64,000 bases of DNA from Candidatus Saccharimonadales bacterium (GCA_041906505.1 JAYRJB010000004.1:6045-70044); one strand, 5' to 3'. Positions 1 to 9,268 are shown, counted from the stretch's first letter. The notes: generated by a model not told the origin, from the letters alone. Translations and numbers: made by a program.

Positions 1-115
1 GAGCTGGCAGGTCATCTTCTGGCACCTTGAGACGTGGTGCGTCAAGCGGGCTGACTACTTTTTTAGGCACAGATTTAGTAATTGTCTTATTAGAAGCTTT
101 TTTGCTTTTGGCCAT
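1..115 (-). CDS. hypothetical protein, N-terminal fragment running off the window start
   Basis: Minus-strand ATG at 115-113 opens a frame reading MAKSKKASNKTITKSVPKKVVSPLDAPRLKVPEDDLPA to the window edge. No recognisable motif. Confidence 0.3.
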   Translation of the reverse strand, partial: MAKSKKASNKTITKSVPKKVVSPLDAPRLKVPEDDLPA

Positions 116-169
116 GTTTCCCTCTATTCACCAATATAGACATAAGTGTAACCAGTTTTAATACACCAA

Positions 170-3100
170 TCAAGGACCTTGTGAGGTCTTGGCGTCGTTG
201 ACGCTTAATGCTACCCACGAAAATTCGATTTGCTGCGTCGCCACCTCTGACAATTGTATCTTGAACCCGTCTGGAGTTAGGTCGGTGTACGCGTACTGAA
301 CAAACTGTCCATTCTTAACTGCAACACTCACCACCGGCGCTTGCTGATACGGTGCGTCAAACCTTACCTCTACCTCGCGTTGGCCAGGTTTTATGACAGC
401 ATAACCACCACTGTCGGCATTAAACGTTGCCCTGCCCTGGAACTGAACATCCTTGTTAAATACTGTTTTTTCGACAAAAGTTACAAGACCTGCAAACAAG
501 GTGTTACCTCTAAATTCGGAAGGACCCCCTACAGTTAGGCCGCCGTTTACCTTAAAGTCAAAGACAACGCTGCCATTTTGGATGGTCACGCTACTAAGAT
601 CTACCGCATTAGTCACATTGATTACTGCAACGTTTGTGGTGTTTGTGCTACCCGGCGGCGGCTCTTCGTTGCCGTTCGCCTGCTCGGCGTCTAGTTTTGC
701 TTGCAGACTAGACAACTGATTTGTAAAGATTTCGAGCCCTTCTATCTGGTTGGCTTTAATTCTGTCCGCGTAGACCGTGCCTCTCACATAAATATCGTTG
801 TCAAATACATGGTCGACACTCGTCGCGCTATTAAAATCAACAAACGCATCGCTCGGCAAATTTGCGTCAGCCCCCTCATCGATACTAAGTGGTACAACGC
901 CGTTAAACGGTGTACCTTGTGGTGTGTTCTCTACGATTTGATTATCTGGCTGGGCGGGAGCGTTGTCATCCTGCCAGATACGGACAAAGTCAATGTCGAG
1001 GGTCTGAGTCCCCACAACGTTTGTATTGTATACAGCCGAGTGATAGTGACTCATCGCGACGGCTGGGAGAGTAACCCCCGAAATACCGCCAACACCCGTT
1101 GTTGCATTTACACATTCGACCTCATTCACACCATTACTGACGTCTACGTCGGCATAGAAGTGCACATCGCCCGCACCGACGCCCGCTTGACGGACCTCAA
1201 TACGCAAGTAGGCATATTGTGTAGTGGAGATTGTGCCTGGACAAACCATATTAGCTCCGATTTGTGCGCTACCAGAAGATACCATACCAACCCATTGATT
1301 GCTACTACATGTGGGAGCGGTGGTGCTATAGGTAGTACAGTTACTAAAATAGATGCCATTTGCTGGCATACCGCTAATAGCCGTGTTGTTGTCACCAAAT
1401 CCGACATACACCTTTGCGGCGGTAGTGCCGACCAGTCCTGGTCGGACTTTGTATGTGCCGATTGGTAAATTGGCTGCAGCATAAATCTTGTTTGATGAGT
1501 TTGTGGCTGTACCGCCAAGCGTTTCCATACACGAAGCACTGTTGTTGGCGGGAACCCCAGAAGTTGCGGTAATACGCTCTATACCATTGGGTACATTTGC
1601 TTGTGACGCGTATGTGCACGTATTGGCGCCAGCCGCAAGACCCATGGTGGAGTTGACATTAAGTTCTCCTGCACCTGCGGCACAGGTGTTGTGCGTACCA
1701 TAATCGCCACGCGCATTTCGCACATTTGTGGTCGAAGTGTGGGTACAGTTGGCTGCCTGGACAGCGTTAAACTCCTCACCGTAATACGAGTTCTTACCAA
1801 CAAAGGCGCCGCCAGTTATGAGAGAACCGAAGTTCGTACTCATATGGCGGATATTGAAGATACTATTACTATTGAGGTTGTTGATATTGAATACTGTTTG
1901 GCCAAGCGCAGCGCTAACTGCATTAAGATTAATGGCACTATCAACACTAATGCCGTTGTTAAAATCAGCATACCCATCAACCCTTAGGTCACCCACAACG
2001 CGAGTATTGCCGGCAGTAAGTGAACCGCCCCCACCGAAGTCACCAATATTCTGTCCGCTTAAACCTACCAGGTCAAGTGCTCCACCGACCAACGTCCTTG
2101 GCATAGAGCTATAGTACAGTGTGGGCACGCGGTTGGTGCCATCAAATCCACCGAGAATATAGACATAGCCATTCGCTATGGCGTATCCCGAAGCTTCGCG
2201 ATTTGCTGGCAGATAATTTTGGCTACTGTTCCAGGCACCGATTGTACCATCTCCGTTCAACTTGGAATACAGTACTGTATTTGTAGTGTTCGTACCGTCA
2301 GAACCGCCAACAACATACAAATAACCATTCGCGACAACGGTCGCATGCTCCTGGCGTATCTGTGGTAGAGAGGTTCCAGAATTAAAAGGCCCAAGAGAGT
2401 AGTCGTTATTGATGGTCGCGTAGTAGACCGTGTTTTGGGCAGTAGAATTGCGTCCACCAAGATAGTAAATGCTACCGTTCGCATACACCGCCGTACCCAT
2501 GCCTCGAGCATTTGTGAGGTTATTGGCGTTTGTGTCCCACGCATTGGTGGTTGTTACCCCTTGAATAGACCCGTCGGCGTTGATCTTGCCATAATACACC
2601 GTATTCGCGGGGGTACCACAAGTAGCAGTATTGTCGGTACAACCACCGATCACATACATCATACCGTTCGCTACAACCGCAGACGGCGCCACCCGAGCCG
2701 TCGTGAGTGGTACATTATTGGTTTGCCATATACCCGTAGAGCCGTCGGAGTTAAGCCGAGCAAAGTAGACACTAGACTGCGCATTTGTGCCATCAAAACC
2801 ACCCACGACGTAAATATAACCATTTGCTACCGTGGCTGCTGCGTAACGTTTCACACCTGGGATATTGTTCGCATTTATCGGACTTGAGCTTGTGCCACAA
2901 CTCGTTGCCACTGCGGTTCCTTGACACTGCCAAGCCCCGACCGAGCCATCGGCATTCACCTTGGCATAGAACACGCTGTTTACTGTGTTCGTTCCATCAA
3001 ACCCACCGATGGCATACATGTAGCCATTCGCTATGACCGTTGCGACATCTTCCCTGTTTACTACCCGTGTTGTGTCGTTTGGTGCGGTAGCTCCGAGCGG

Positions 3101-4924
3101 AACATTGTTTAGTTTCCATGACTGCAGTTCACCGTTATTGTTACCGTTGATGGTAACTGTCGAATTGGTGTTATCTATTTGGAAAATATTGGAGTCCTGT
3201 GTGAAAGCGAGGCCTGCCGGTGCAGAAACAAGCGTGACGCCGTCTACGTAAATGTTGTCACTTGAGCCAGTATCGGTTTGTTTGATGTAGAAGTTCGAGG
3301 CATTACCGATGGTACCACCAGTGGTAAATGTACAACTAAACTGCGTCCAGGTCGTAGTAATGCCAACAGAGGTAATGTCTGGGCTCGTAGTACAGTTTGA
3401 ATCTGCACCATTGTCTGCACGACCGACTGCAAATGCTGTTGAGCTACCGGTATCTTTTTTTGCCCAAAACGACAGCGAGTATTGGGTGTTCGGCAAAAAT
3501 GGATAGCGGTATTCGGCGCCATTCCCGGCAGCAGCGCTAGTACCAGTCACAACCTTGAGCGAATAGGCGCCAAAGTTGGCGTGCTCAGTGCTTGCAGCGA
3601 TGGAGTTACCAACTGGGGTGGTTGCGCTCTTGAGTGCCCAGCCAGACGTATTGCCATTCTCGAAGCTCGGATTGTTGACCATGTTCGTAATGGCGCTATT
3701 GGCAACACTCAAGTACGCGGTATCCGCGTAAATCGTCTTGCCAGTAGTGCTTGTGTCTCTTAAAAATACATAGTCGTTCACGGTGGTAGTCGCCCCCGTT
3801 GTAAACCGACAACTAAACTCTTGCATGCTTGTGGTAACAGACTGAGCCGCCAAACAAGTTGTGGTCGCGCCGTTGATATTGGTGCCGAGGTCAAACGTTG
3901 CGAAGCCTGCCGAAGCAGAAACCCAGACACTGAATGTGTAGGTAGTACTAGGAGCAAATTCGTACGTGTACCTCGCGCCTTGATTGGCAGTACCCGCAAC
4001 AGTAGTGATGCGCAAATTCTGAGCACCATCGTGGCTGGCAGCCGTGTTGTCGGCAGTGAAGGTCGTCTCCGCGCCTTGCAAGCGTGTCCAGCCAGTGGTG
4101 CCCGACTCAAAGTTAGAGTTTGTAATGAGATTCGCATTACCGCCGGTGTTAATGCTCATAATTGTGTTGCCCGAGGGGTCTTGGACCGAGAATCCAGAGG
4201 CCGAATTGGCCGACGGTCGAACAATATTGCTGCTGCCAGTGAATAGACTGCCATTGGACGCGGTTACTAAGCCGCTGTTATTGATTGCAAATACGTCAAT
4301 CCCATTCTTTTGGAGTTGCAAAATGTTGGCTGTTGCCCCTGTTTTGTTGACAAAAATCGAGGGGTTTGTTGCTGAACTATCGACTTGAACCCCTTGCGCA
4401 AGTCGGACAAAGTTTGCACTAGTTAAACCATCGAGTGATTTGGAGTTAAGCGCATATGGCGTAGCGCTGAACCTGGTAAAGGGGCTCATTTCTCCATCCC
4501 AGCTTGGCGTGCCAGTTCCACCGATGTTTACGGACAGCCACAACGTATCTTGATTCCAGTCTACGCTGCTTCCAAAGGGTGTGACACTACCCATATATAT
4601 ACTAAAATAACCATTCTTTACTAGTACTTTATTGCCACCTGTCCTTGTCTCTGTCCATTTTAGGGTTTCGTCACCGCCACCCAAGATTCCGTTACCATCT
4701 TGGTAGATCTTGAACTCGACGTTATAGCTACCATCTGGCACCACCGCACCGGTGTTTGTAAGAAGTCGCCCTTGATAGTTAATCTGTTCGTTGATGCCGA
4801 CAGCTGCATTTGCTTTAGAGAAGTGAAAAGCGCCTACCACCCCTGTTATCACCACAATAACACACGCAAGCATAAGGGCTCTTACTCGAAACCTCGAACC
4901 TTTGACTACTGTTGTTGGTTGCAT
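170..4924 (-). CDS. giant secreted/surface multidomain protein (CBM-like modules, 6-blade Kelch propeller, coiled coil, C-terminal lectin-like domain)
   Basis: 1584-aa uninterrupted ORF. N-terminal basic stretch plus hydrophobic helix LMLACVIVVITGVVGAF followed by ANAA. Repeated modules open with NSNFESGTTGW and NPSFENGNTSGW, as in CBM4/9-type sugar-binding modules. Six VANGYxYxxGGxDGTN...DGSxGxW Kelch-like repeats. LSSLQAKLDAEQ coiled-coil segment. The last ~100 aa (VEVRFDAPYQQAPVVSVAV...GFKIQL...FSWVAL) follow an H-type-lectin-like pattern. Confidence 0.85.
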   Translation of the reverse strand: MQPTTVVKGSRFRVRALMLACVIVVITGVVGAFHFSKANAAVGINEQINYQGRLLTNTGAVVPDGSYNVEFKIYQDGNGILGGGDETLKWTETRTGGNKVLVKNGYFSIYMGSVTPFGSSVDWNQDTLWLSVNIGGTGTPSWDGEMSPFTRFSATPYALNSKSLDGLTSANFVRLAQGVQVDSSATNPSIFVNKTGATANILQLQKNGIDVFAINNSGLVTASNGSLFTGSSNIVRPSANSASGFSVQDPSGNTIMSINTGGNANLITNSNFESGTTGWTRLQGAETTFTADNTAASHDGAQNLRITTVAGTANQGARYTYEFAPSTTYTFSVWVSASAGFATFDLGTNINGATTTCLAAQSVTTSMQEFSCRFTTGATTTVNDYVFLRDTSTTGKTIYADTAYLSVANSAITNMVNNPSFENGNTSGWALKSATTPVGNSIAASTEHANFGAYSLKVVTGTSAAAGNGAEYRYPFLPNTQYSLSFWAKKDTGSSTAFAVGRADNGADSNCTTSPDITSVGITTTWTQFSCTFTTGGTIGNASNFYIKQTDTGSSDNIYVDGVTLVSAPAGLAFTQDSNIFQIDNTNSTVTINGNNNGELQSWKLNNVPLGATAPNDTTRVVNREDVATVIANGYMYAIGGFDGTNTVNSVFYAKVNADGSVGAWQCQGTAVATSCGTSSSPINANNIPGVKRYAAATVANGYIYVVGGFDGTNAQSSVYFARLNSDGSTGIWQTNNVPLTTARVAPSAVVANGMMYVIGGCTDNTATCGTPANTVYYGKINADGSIQGVTTTNAWDTNANNLTNARGMGTAVYANGSIYYLGGRNSTAQNTVYYATINNDYSLGPFNSGTSLPQIRQEHATVVANGYLYVVGGSDGTNTTNTVLYSKLNGDGTIGAWNSSQNYLPANREASGYAIANGYVYILGGFDGTNRVPTLYYSSMPRTLVGGALDLVGLSGQNIGDFGGGGSLTAGNTRVVGDLRVDGYADFNNGISVDSAINLNAVSAALGQTVFNINNLNSNSIFNIRHMSTNFGSLITGGAFVGKNSYYGEEFNAVQAANCTHTSTTNVRNARGDYGTHNTCAAGAGELNVNSTMGLAAGANTCTYASQANVPNGIERITATSGVPANNSASCMETLGGTATNSSNKIYAAANLPIGTYKVRPGLVGTTAAKVYVGFGDNNTAISGMPANGIYFSNCTTYSTTAPTCSSNQWVGMVSSGSAQIGANMVCPGTISTTQYAYLRIEVRQAGVGAGDVHFYADVDVSNGVNEVECVNATTGVGGISGVTLPAVAMSHYHSAVYNTNVVGTQTLDIDFVRIWQDDNAPAQPDNQIVENTPQGTPFNGVVPLSIDEGADANLPSDAFVDFNSATSVDHVFDNDIYVRGTVYADRIKANQIEGLEIFTNQLSSLQAKLDAEQANGNEEPPPGSTNTTNVAVINVTNAVDLSSVTIQNGSVVFDFKVNGGLTVGGPSEFRGNTLFAGLVTFVEKTVFNKDVQFQGRATFNADSGGYAVIKPGQREVEVRFDAPYQQAPVVSVAVKNGQFVQYAYTDLTPDGFKIQLSEVATQQIEFSWVALSVNDAKTSQGP
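2100..3060 (-). other. Kelch-type beta-propeller region (six blades) within the giant surface protein
   Basis: Six consecutive units of about 50 aa: ANGYMYAIGGFDGTN, ANGYIYVVGGFDGTN, ANGMMYVIGGCTDN, ANGSIYYLGGRNST, ANGYLYVVGGSDGTN, ANGYVYILGGFDGTN. Each is followed by a (K/R)(L/I/V)NxDGSxGxW-type motif. Confidence 0.8.
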
Positions 4925-5037
4925 GTTGTGGTAGATTTTTGTTTATTTAATAGCTTTTGTATATAACTCTTATAATTATACCATTAAAACCAAAAGCAAG
5001 ATGGCATTTTCATCTGTTATCCACAGCAATCTTAGGG

Positions 5038-6192
5038 CTAACGTTTGTGGCGAAGACTCGGTGTGATGCGAGCAGCAACAATTCGCTCACCAAACCAAAA
5101 ACTTATCGTCATCAAAACCGCGATACCAAACGCTGGCCAAACCGAGTCTAAAATTTGTGCAACCCTGCTGCTGACATAACACTCTGAGCTAAAATAATCG
5201 GCACTACCCGGCACACATTTTGGCGAGATCACACCGGCCACCCCTGTATAGTCACGGGTTACGCTGACAATTGTTTGGATAGTTGTTTTGTTGTTCAGCC
5301 CGTCGCTAATAGTAATCGACACCACGTGTTGCCCTGATTTTGTGAACCTGTGCAACGCCGATTGTTCACCACCGTTCGTCAAAGAAAATAGGTCGTTTTG
5401 GGAGCCATCATCCCAGTTTATCGAAACAGCGTAAGGCGCAATCCCTCCGATTATTGTGTATTTGAGGGTTCCAACTTTATTAATCGGGTAGGCTTTTCTG
5501 GAAAGCGAGGTCGTTACAATCAGCGGCTCGTAATTCGGTGGGTTATTTTGGTTTTGGCTGTTCGGATCATTCGGGTTCGTTGCTTGCGTGCCGGTTCCGT
5601 CAACTTTCAGCTTTTTTGGAATTTCGTAAAATATCGTTAACACGCTTGAGTCTGGAGCATACTGAGCATCAGCATCACTCATTTTTGCAATAAAGTTATT
5701 TTGTCCTGGCCTAAGGCTAACCGTAAGTTGAAATTCCCCACTATTCCCACACAACGTCGCGCCCGCAAAAGTTGAATAACGAAATAGTTCAACATACAGC
5801 CCCGACTGACATGTACCTCTGATAGTTATGGTGTTCGTGCCGACCTTGCTGTCGTTTGAAGGTTCAATAAATGTGGCCGGAAATTGTGGAACAGGGCCTT
5901 TCATGCGGCCCGTGAGGTTTATGCTACCCGACACTGTTTGGTCAGCTTGCGCCGCGTTGCTCGCAAAGAAAAGGGTGGCGCCGGTGAGCACAAGGATGAA
6001 GTACAAGACCGTGTATGACGTAAACGCTATGCCAATTCGGCGACCAGTGTGTTTGTGATGCGCCACCCGAACACCGTACTTCTTCGTAGACTCAACCTGC
6101 TTAACGGCGTGAGTCTTTGCCTTCGATATTGTGCGACTAGTCCTCTTTTTTAGTTTGGCCATTGCTGTGCTTCTTTTTTGATCTTTTGACAA
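5038..6192 (-). CDS. bitopic membrane protein with Ig-like and PKD-like extracytoplasmic domains
   Basis: 384-aa ORF; an alternative start MAKLKK at 6162 is also possible. Basic N-terminus, TM helix FTSYTVLYFILVLTGATLFFA, an Asn/Pro-rich linker and a PKD-like motif (INWDDGSQ...HRFTKSGQHVVSITISDG). C-terminal TM helix VWPAFGIAVLMTISFWF. Overlaps the stop of the upstream gene. Confidence 0.7.
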   Translation of the reverse strand: MSKDQKRSTAMAKLKKRTSRTISKAKTHAVKQVESTKKYGVRVAHHKHTGRRIGIAFTSYTVLYFILVLTGATLFFASNAAQADQTVSGSINLTGRMKGPVPQFPATFIEPSNDSKVGTNTITIRGTCQSGLYVELFRYSTFAGATLCGNSGEFQLTVSLRPGQNNFIAKMSDADAQYAPDSSVLTIFYEIPKKLKVDGTGTQATNPNDPNSQNQNNPPNYEPLIVTTSLSRKAYPINKVGTLKYTIIGGIAPYAVSINWDDGSQNDLFSLTNGGEQSALHRFTKSGQHVVSITISDGLNNKTTIQTIVSVTRDYTGVAGVISPKCVPGSADYFSSECYVSSRVAQILDSVWPAFGIAVLMTISFWFGERIVAARITPSLRHKR

Positions 6193-7114
6193 TGAATTTG
6201 TTGTACCGTGTGACCAAGAAAATTAGTAGTGCCAGCAGTGCACCACCGATTGCGAGCAGCTTATATGGTATAACCCAAAAACTAGCGGTTTGACTAATAA
6301 TCTTGTTTTCTTCGCCGTACGTTACATCTGCTTGAACTTTGTATTTACCGAACAAAAGTTTTTTATTTAGTTGCTGACTAAACTTACGAGTACTCTTTGG
6401 GAGTACGTTTCCACCGCTTGGGTTTAATTGACTATCTTGCACGGTTTTGCCAAACATATTTGAAACCCGGATTGTACCCTTTGGCTTAATGTGCACATTG
6501 CCGGTGTTCTCTATTTTTGTCACGATACCGACTGGTCCGTATTCGAACAATGATCGTTTCTTGCCATCTCGCGCACTGAACAATTCTGTTATCTTTGCAG
6601 ACTCTTGCACATCACCAGAAACCCGTACCAACATAAGTGTACCGATACTGGCCGAGAGCGAGACTCCACTGCCCTGGGCATCGGCTGGTGTTCCCGTGTA
6701 GCGTACAACTCCGTAGTGTCCACCGGGGCTTGCGTCTTTGGGAACTGTAATTGTCACGTCAAATGTTTGTTGTTGTCTTGGAGCGAGCGTTGCGGTTGGA
6801 ATTGTACTTAACCAATCTTTTATGGAATATGGGCTTTGCTCTTCATCTTTTAAGAGAATCTTTGGGCTACCGTCTTCGCCACTGGCCACAAAGTCGTTGT
6901 ACTCCGCTTCGACGACGAGTGTCTCTTTGGTCACATTTCTCACCTTAAGTTGGGTTTTGATAACTTGACCTGGATCGGCTTTGACATCAACGAGAGGCGG
7001 TGAGATCTCAAGACCTTGGCCAGCCCCTTGCTGAGCAGACGCTGGAGACACGAATGTACTGAGTGGGAGCAATCCAAAAAGCAATATAGCAAGTACCGAC
7101 AAGTAGTATTTCAA
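6137..7114 (-). CDS. membrane-anchored Ig-like surface protein (DUF916/DUF3324-like or PapD-like N-domain)
   Basis: 325 aa. Signal peptide MKYYLSVLAILLFGLLPLSTFVSPASA. Beta-rich segment GLEISPPLVDVKADPGQVIKTQLKVRNVTKETLVVEAEY. C-terminal TM helix LLAIGGALLALLIFLV followed by a Lys/Arg-rich tail. Family assignment rests on pattern memory only. Confidence 0.6.
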   Translation of the reverse strand: MKYYLSVLAILLFGLLPLSTFVSPASAQQGAGQGLEISPPLVDVKADPGQVIKTQLKVRNVTKETLVVEAEYNDFVASGEDGSPKILLKDEEQSPYSIKDWLSTIPTATLAPRQQQTFDVTITVPKDASPGGHYGVVRYTGTPADAQGSGVSLSASIGTLMLVRVSGDVQESAKITELFSARDGKKRSLFEYGPVGIVTKIENTGNVHIKPKGTIRVSNMFGKTVQDSQLNPSGGNVLPKSTRKFSQQLNKKLLFGKYKVQADVTYGEENKIISQTASFWVIPYKLLAIGGALLALLIFLVTRYNKFIVKRSKKKHSNGQTKKED

Positions 7115-7161
7115 AAGATTACCCCTTTTAGTATTAATTACCTCTGATCAAAGGTATTATA

Positions 7162-7202
7162 GCAAACAAAAGCGGTTTCTGTTTTTGAAGATCAGAAACC
7201 GC
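7162..7202 (-). terminator. rho-independent terminator after the 366-aa secreted-protein gene
   Basis: The minus strand reads GCGGTTTCTG-N11-CAGAAACCGC followed by TTTTGTTTGCT, about 28 nt after the stop at 7230. Confidence 0.7.
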
Positions 7203-7229
7203 AATTGAGATGCTCGTTTTTTCGAGAGA

Positions 7230-8330
7230 CTAGAAGGTTGCTGTAGCGATGTACGTCATCGTTGCAGTGTAGGTGCCAGCTGGTTGACTACCAGGTACGT
7301 TCACGATGTAGCTCGTCGTGAATGTGTTTGCGTCGGTAGCTGATGCTGCTGATGCCACACCGTCACCGGTAACAAATCGGTATTGGTTCGTGGTTCCGTA
7401 GTTTGCAGTGTAGCTACCACTACCCGAGCCCGATGGATCGGCACCAAAAGTACTTGGAGAGGTGTTAGAACGAAGGTTTGCCCCAAATTGAGCTGTCCCT
7501 GCAGATGATGCAGTTTGCGAACCAAGTGCAGCAATGGTTGGAGAACCAGAACATGTGGTACAGGTAAGTGTTGAGCCATTAATCGTAATCGAGTAACCCG
7601 ACACACCGTTGGTTGAAGCAGCCATTACAGAAGTACCAGTGCTGGCTGAAGTACTGGAGAACGTTTCAAAGTTTACTGTACTACCGGCAACTGTGCCACA
7701 GTTTTGACCTGTAATCGAAGTACCTGTACAGAAAACAAGTGACTCGTCCATGGTACCCGAAAGCTGAATCTGGGTCGCAGTTGAAGCTGCGACAACACCC
7801 GCATCAACAGGAGTGGTCCATGATGCATCCGAGTAAGTTGTAACTCGAGCAAAGAACGTTTGGTTCGTAGTAGTTGGGTTCTGTACGTTCCCAAACACCA
7901 CTGTTTGCGATCCAGTTGGAGCCGCAGCGTTTCCAGCCTTGCTTATTCGAAGCGAACCTGCAGTTGCAGTGCTAACTGTCCACCCGGTTGCGTCACCGAG
8001 GTTGACTGGCTGGCTGGCTAGGGTTGATGAGCTGTTCGAAAACCCTGTAGGCGTGGTACATGTACCCGAGGCAGTTGTACACACTTGCGCAGACAAGGAC
8101 TGCAATACAGTGCTCGACGGTACCGTAAAGTTAAATGTATATGAAGTAGTTGCATTCGAACCGGCTGGGTTCGAAGAACTAAGTGTGAGCTTACGTGCGG
8201 TGATCTGTGCCGCATTGGCAGTTTGTGGAACAACCAACGCTTGCATTGTCGCCAACAGTAAAGCTGCTGCGGCTGCCAAATAGACAGCACGCGCCGAAAC
8301 GCTTGACATGGTATTTGCTACTTTGTGCAT
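7230..8330 (-). CDS. secreted Thr/Ser/Ala/Gly-rich beta protein, candidate major surface-fibre or surface-layer subunit (paralog of 8458..9198)
   Basis: 366 aa. Signal peptide ending TANA|AQ. The C-terminal ~175 aa share ordered motifs with the neighbouring 246-aa protein: GSTVNF..FS, SGY, SSAGTAQFGANL..NTSP..FG, ANYGTTNQYR, ASA, TTSYIVNV, PAGTYTATMTYIATATF. Bracketed by its own promoter-like element and terminator. Confidence 0.75.
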   Translation of the reverse strand: MHKVANTMSSVSARAVYLAAAAALLLATMQALVVPQTANAAQITARKLTLSSSNPAGSNATTSYTFNFTVPSSTVLQSLSAQVCTTASGTCTTPTGFSNSSSTLASQPVNLGDATGWTVSTATAGSLRISKAGNAAAPTGSQTVVFGNVQNPTTTNQTFFARVTTYSDASWTTPVDAGVVAASTATQIQLSGTMDESLVFCTGTSITGQNCGTVAGSTVNFETFSSTSASTGTSVMAASTNGVSGYSITINGSTLTCTTCSGSPTIAALGSQTASSAGTAQFGANLRSNTSPSTFGADPSGSGSGSYTANYGTTNQYRFVTGDGVASAASATDANTFTTSYIVNVPGSQPAGTYTATMTYIATATF

Positions 8331-8391
8331 TTTTGTTTACCTTTTTTAGTTGTTTATATTAATCGTCTCTTGTTATTAAAGAGTTGAGTAA

Positions 8392-8420
8392 AAGATAGCA
8401 TGAGCGTTGTAAAAATGCAA
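8392..8420 (-). promoter_or_regulatory. sigma70-like promoter candidate for the 366-aa gene
   Basis: The minus strand reads TTGCAT-17 nt-TATCTT, with the -10 element about 60 nt upstream of the ATG at 8330. Confidence 0.35.
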
Positions 8421-8457
8421 CATTAAAACTTTTCAGCTTTTCCACAGCTTTGAATAA

Positions 8458-9198
8458 TTAGTAGGTGCCGGTGCAGACGATCGCTTGATTGCCCGTGTAT
8501 GTGCCACCTGGTGTCGTGGTAGAAACGTTTGCAATATATGAGATAGTGTAATCTGTTTGACCAGACGACTTGGGGGCGCTGGCAATGGTTTCTCCCGAAT
8601 TGTATCTGTAGCTATTCGTGGTGTTGTAGTTCGCATCAACTGTGCCAAATGAAAACGTCGAATCTGGAACTTGAACCGGTCCGGAACCAAAGACAATTGG
8701 GCTGGTGTTACCAACAAGGTTAATACCAAACTGCTCTGTGCCAGCAGTCGAGGCAGTGTTTGTTGCCAAGTTCGTCATAGTATGTGCCCCGCTGTTTGGT
8801 GGCGATCCCACAACGGAAACCACGTAGCCATAAGACGTGTAGTTTAATACGCTAAATGTTGCGGTTGCGGTTGCGGTTGTTGCGGTCGAAAAAGATCCAA
8901 AATTGACGGTTCCCGAGTTAAGTGTACAGCTGAGTGTTGGGTCGGGAGTGGTTATGTAGCCGTTCTCGACTTGAAAATTCGACGAAACCCCGTTGCCAAC
9001 ACCAATGTTCCCAAGCGCCTGTTGTCCACTCTGAAGCTGAAAGCTTGCAGAAGAACTATCAAGATTTCCACCAGGACCGATAAAACTTTCGTCGATTCGG
9101 TAGTTGCTTGAAGCGCCTTGGGCTATGACCACACCTGGAATCAATACAAATGCCAGAAGTCCGCCAAAAAATAATATTAATCCATGCGTTTTTGTCAT
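8458..9198 (-). CDS. secreted Thr/Ser-rich beta protein, paralog of 7230..8330 (candidate minor subunit)
   Basis: 246 aa. Signal peptide LILFFGGLLAFVLIPGVVIAQG. Motifs LSCTLNSGTVNFGSFS, YGYVVSVVGS, STAGTEQFGINLVGNTSPIVFG, ANYNTTNSYRY, IASA, TISYIANV and PGGTYTGNQAIVCTGTY are collinear with the 366-aa protein. Confidence 0.75.
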   Translation of the reverse strand: MTKTHGLILFFGGLLAFVLIPGVVIAQGASSNYRIDESFIGPGGNLDSSSASFQLQSGQQALGNIGVGNGVSSNFQVENGYITTPDPTLSCTLNSGTVNFGSFSTATTATATATFSVLNYTSYGYVVSVVGSPPNSGAHTMTNLATNTASTAGTEQFGINLVGNTSPIVFGSGPVQVPDSTFSFGTVDANYNTTNSYRYNSGETIASAPKSSGQTDYTISYIANVSTTTPGGTYTGNQAIVCTGTY

Positions 9199-9268
9199 GC
9201 GTATGAGTACCTATTATATATGGAGTCCGTGTGTAAAAATACAGCACTATTTTGCAGCACTGCGATTG

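Noticed and set aside
701-1468. 255-aa plus-strand ORF, plus many 60-150-aa ORFs on both strands between 341 and 4966
   Set aside because: All lie inside, and mostly antisense to, the uninterrupted 1584-aa minus-strand gene. Their translations are low-complexity with no motifs. These are typical shadow ORFs.
2100-3060. Apparent repetitiveness, suggesting a DNA tandem repeat or VNTR
   Set aside because: The repeats are conserved at the protein level (Kelch blades) but diverge at the nucleotide level. This is a domain array, not a DNA-level tandem repeat.
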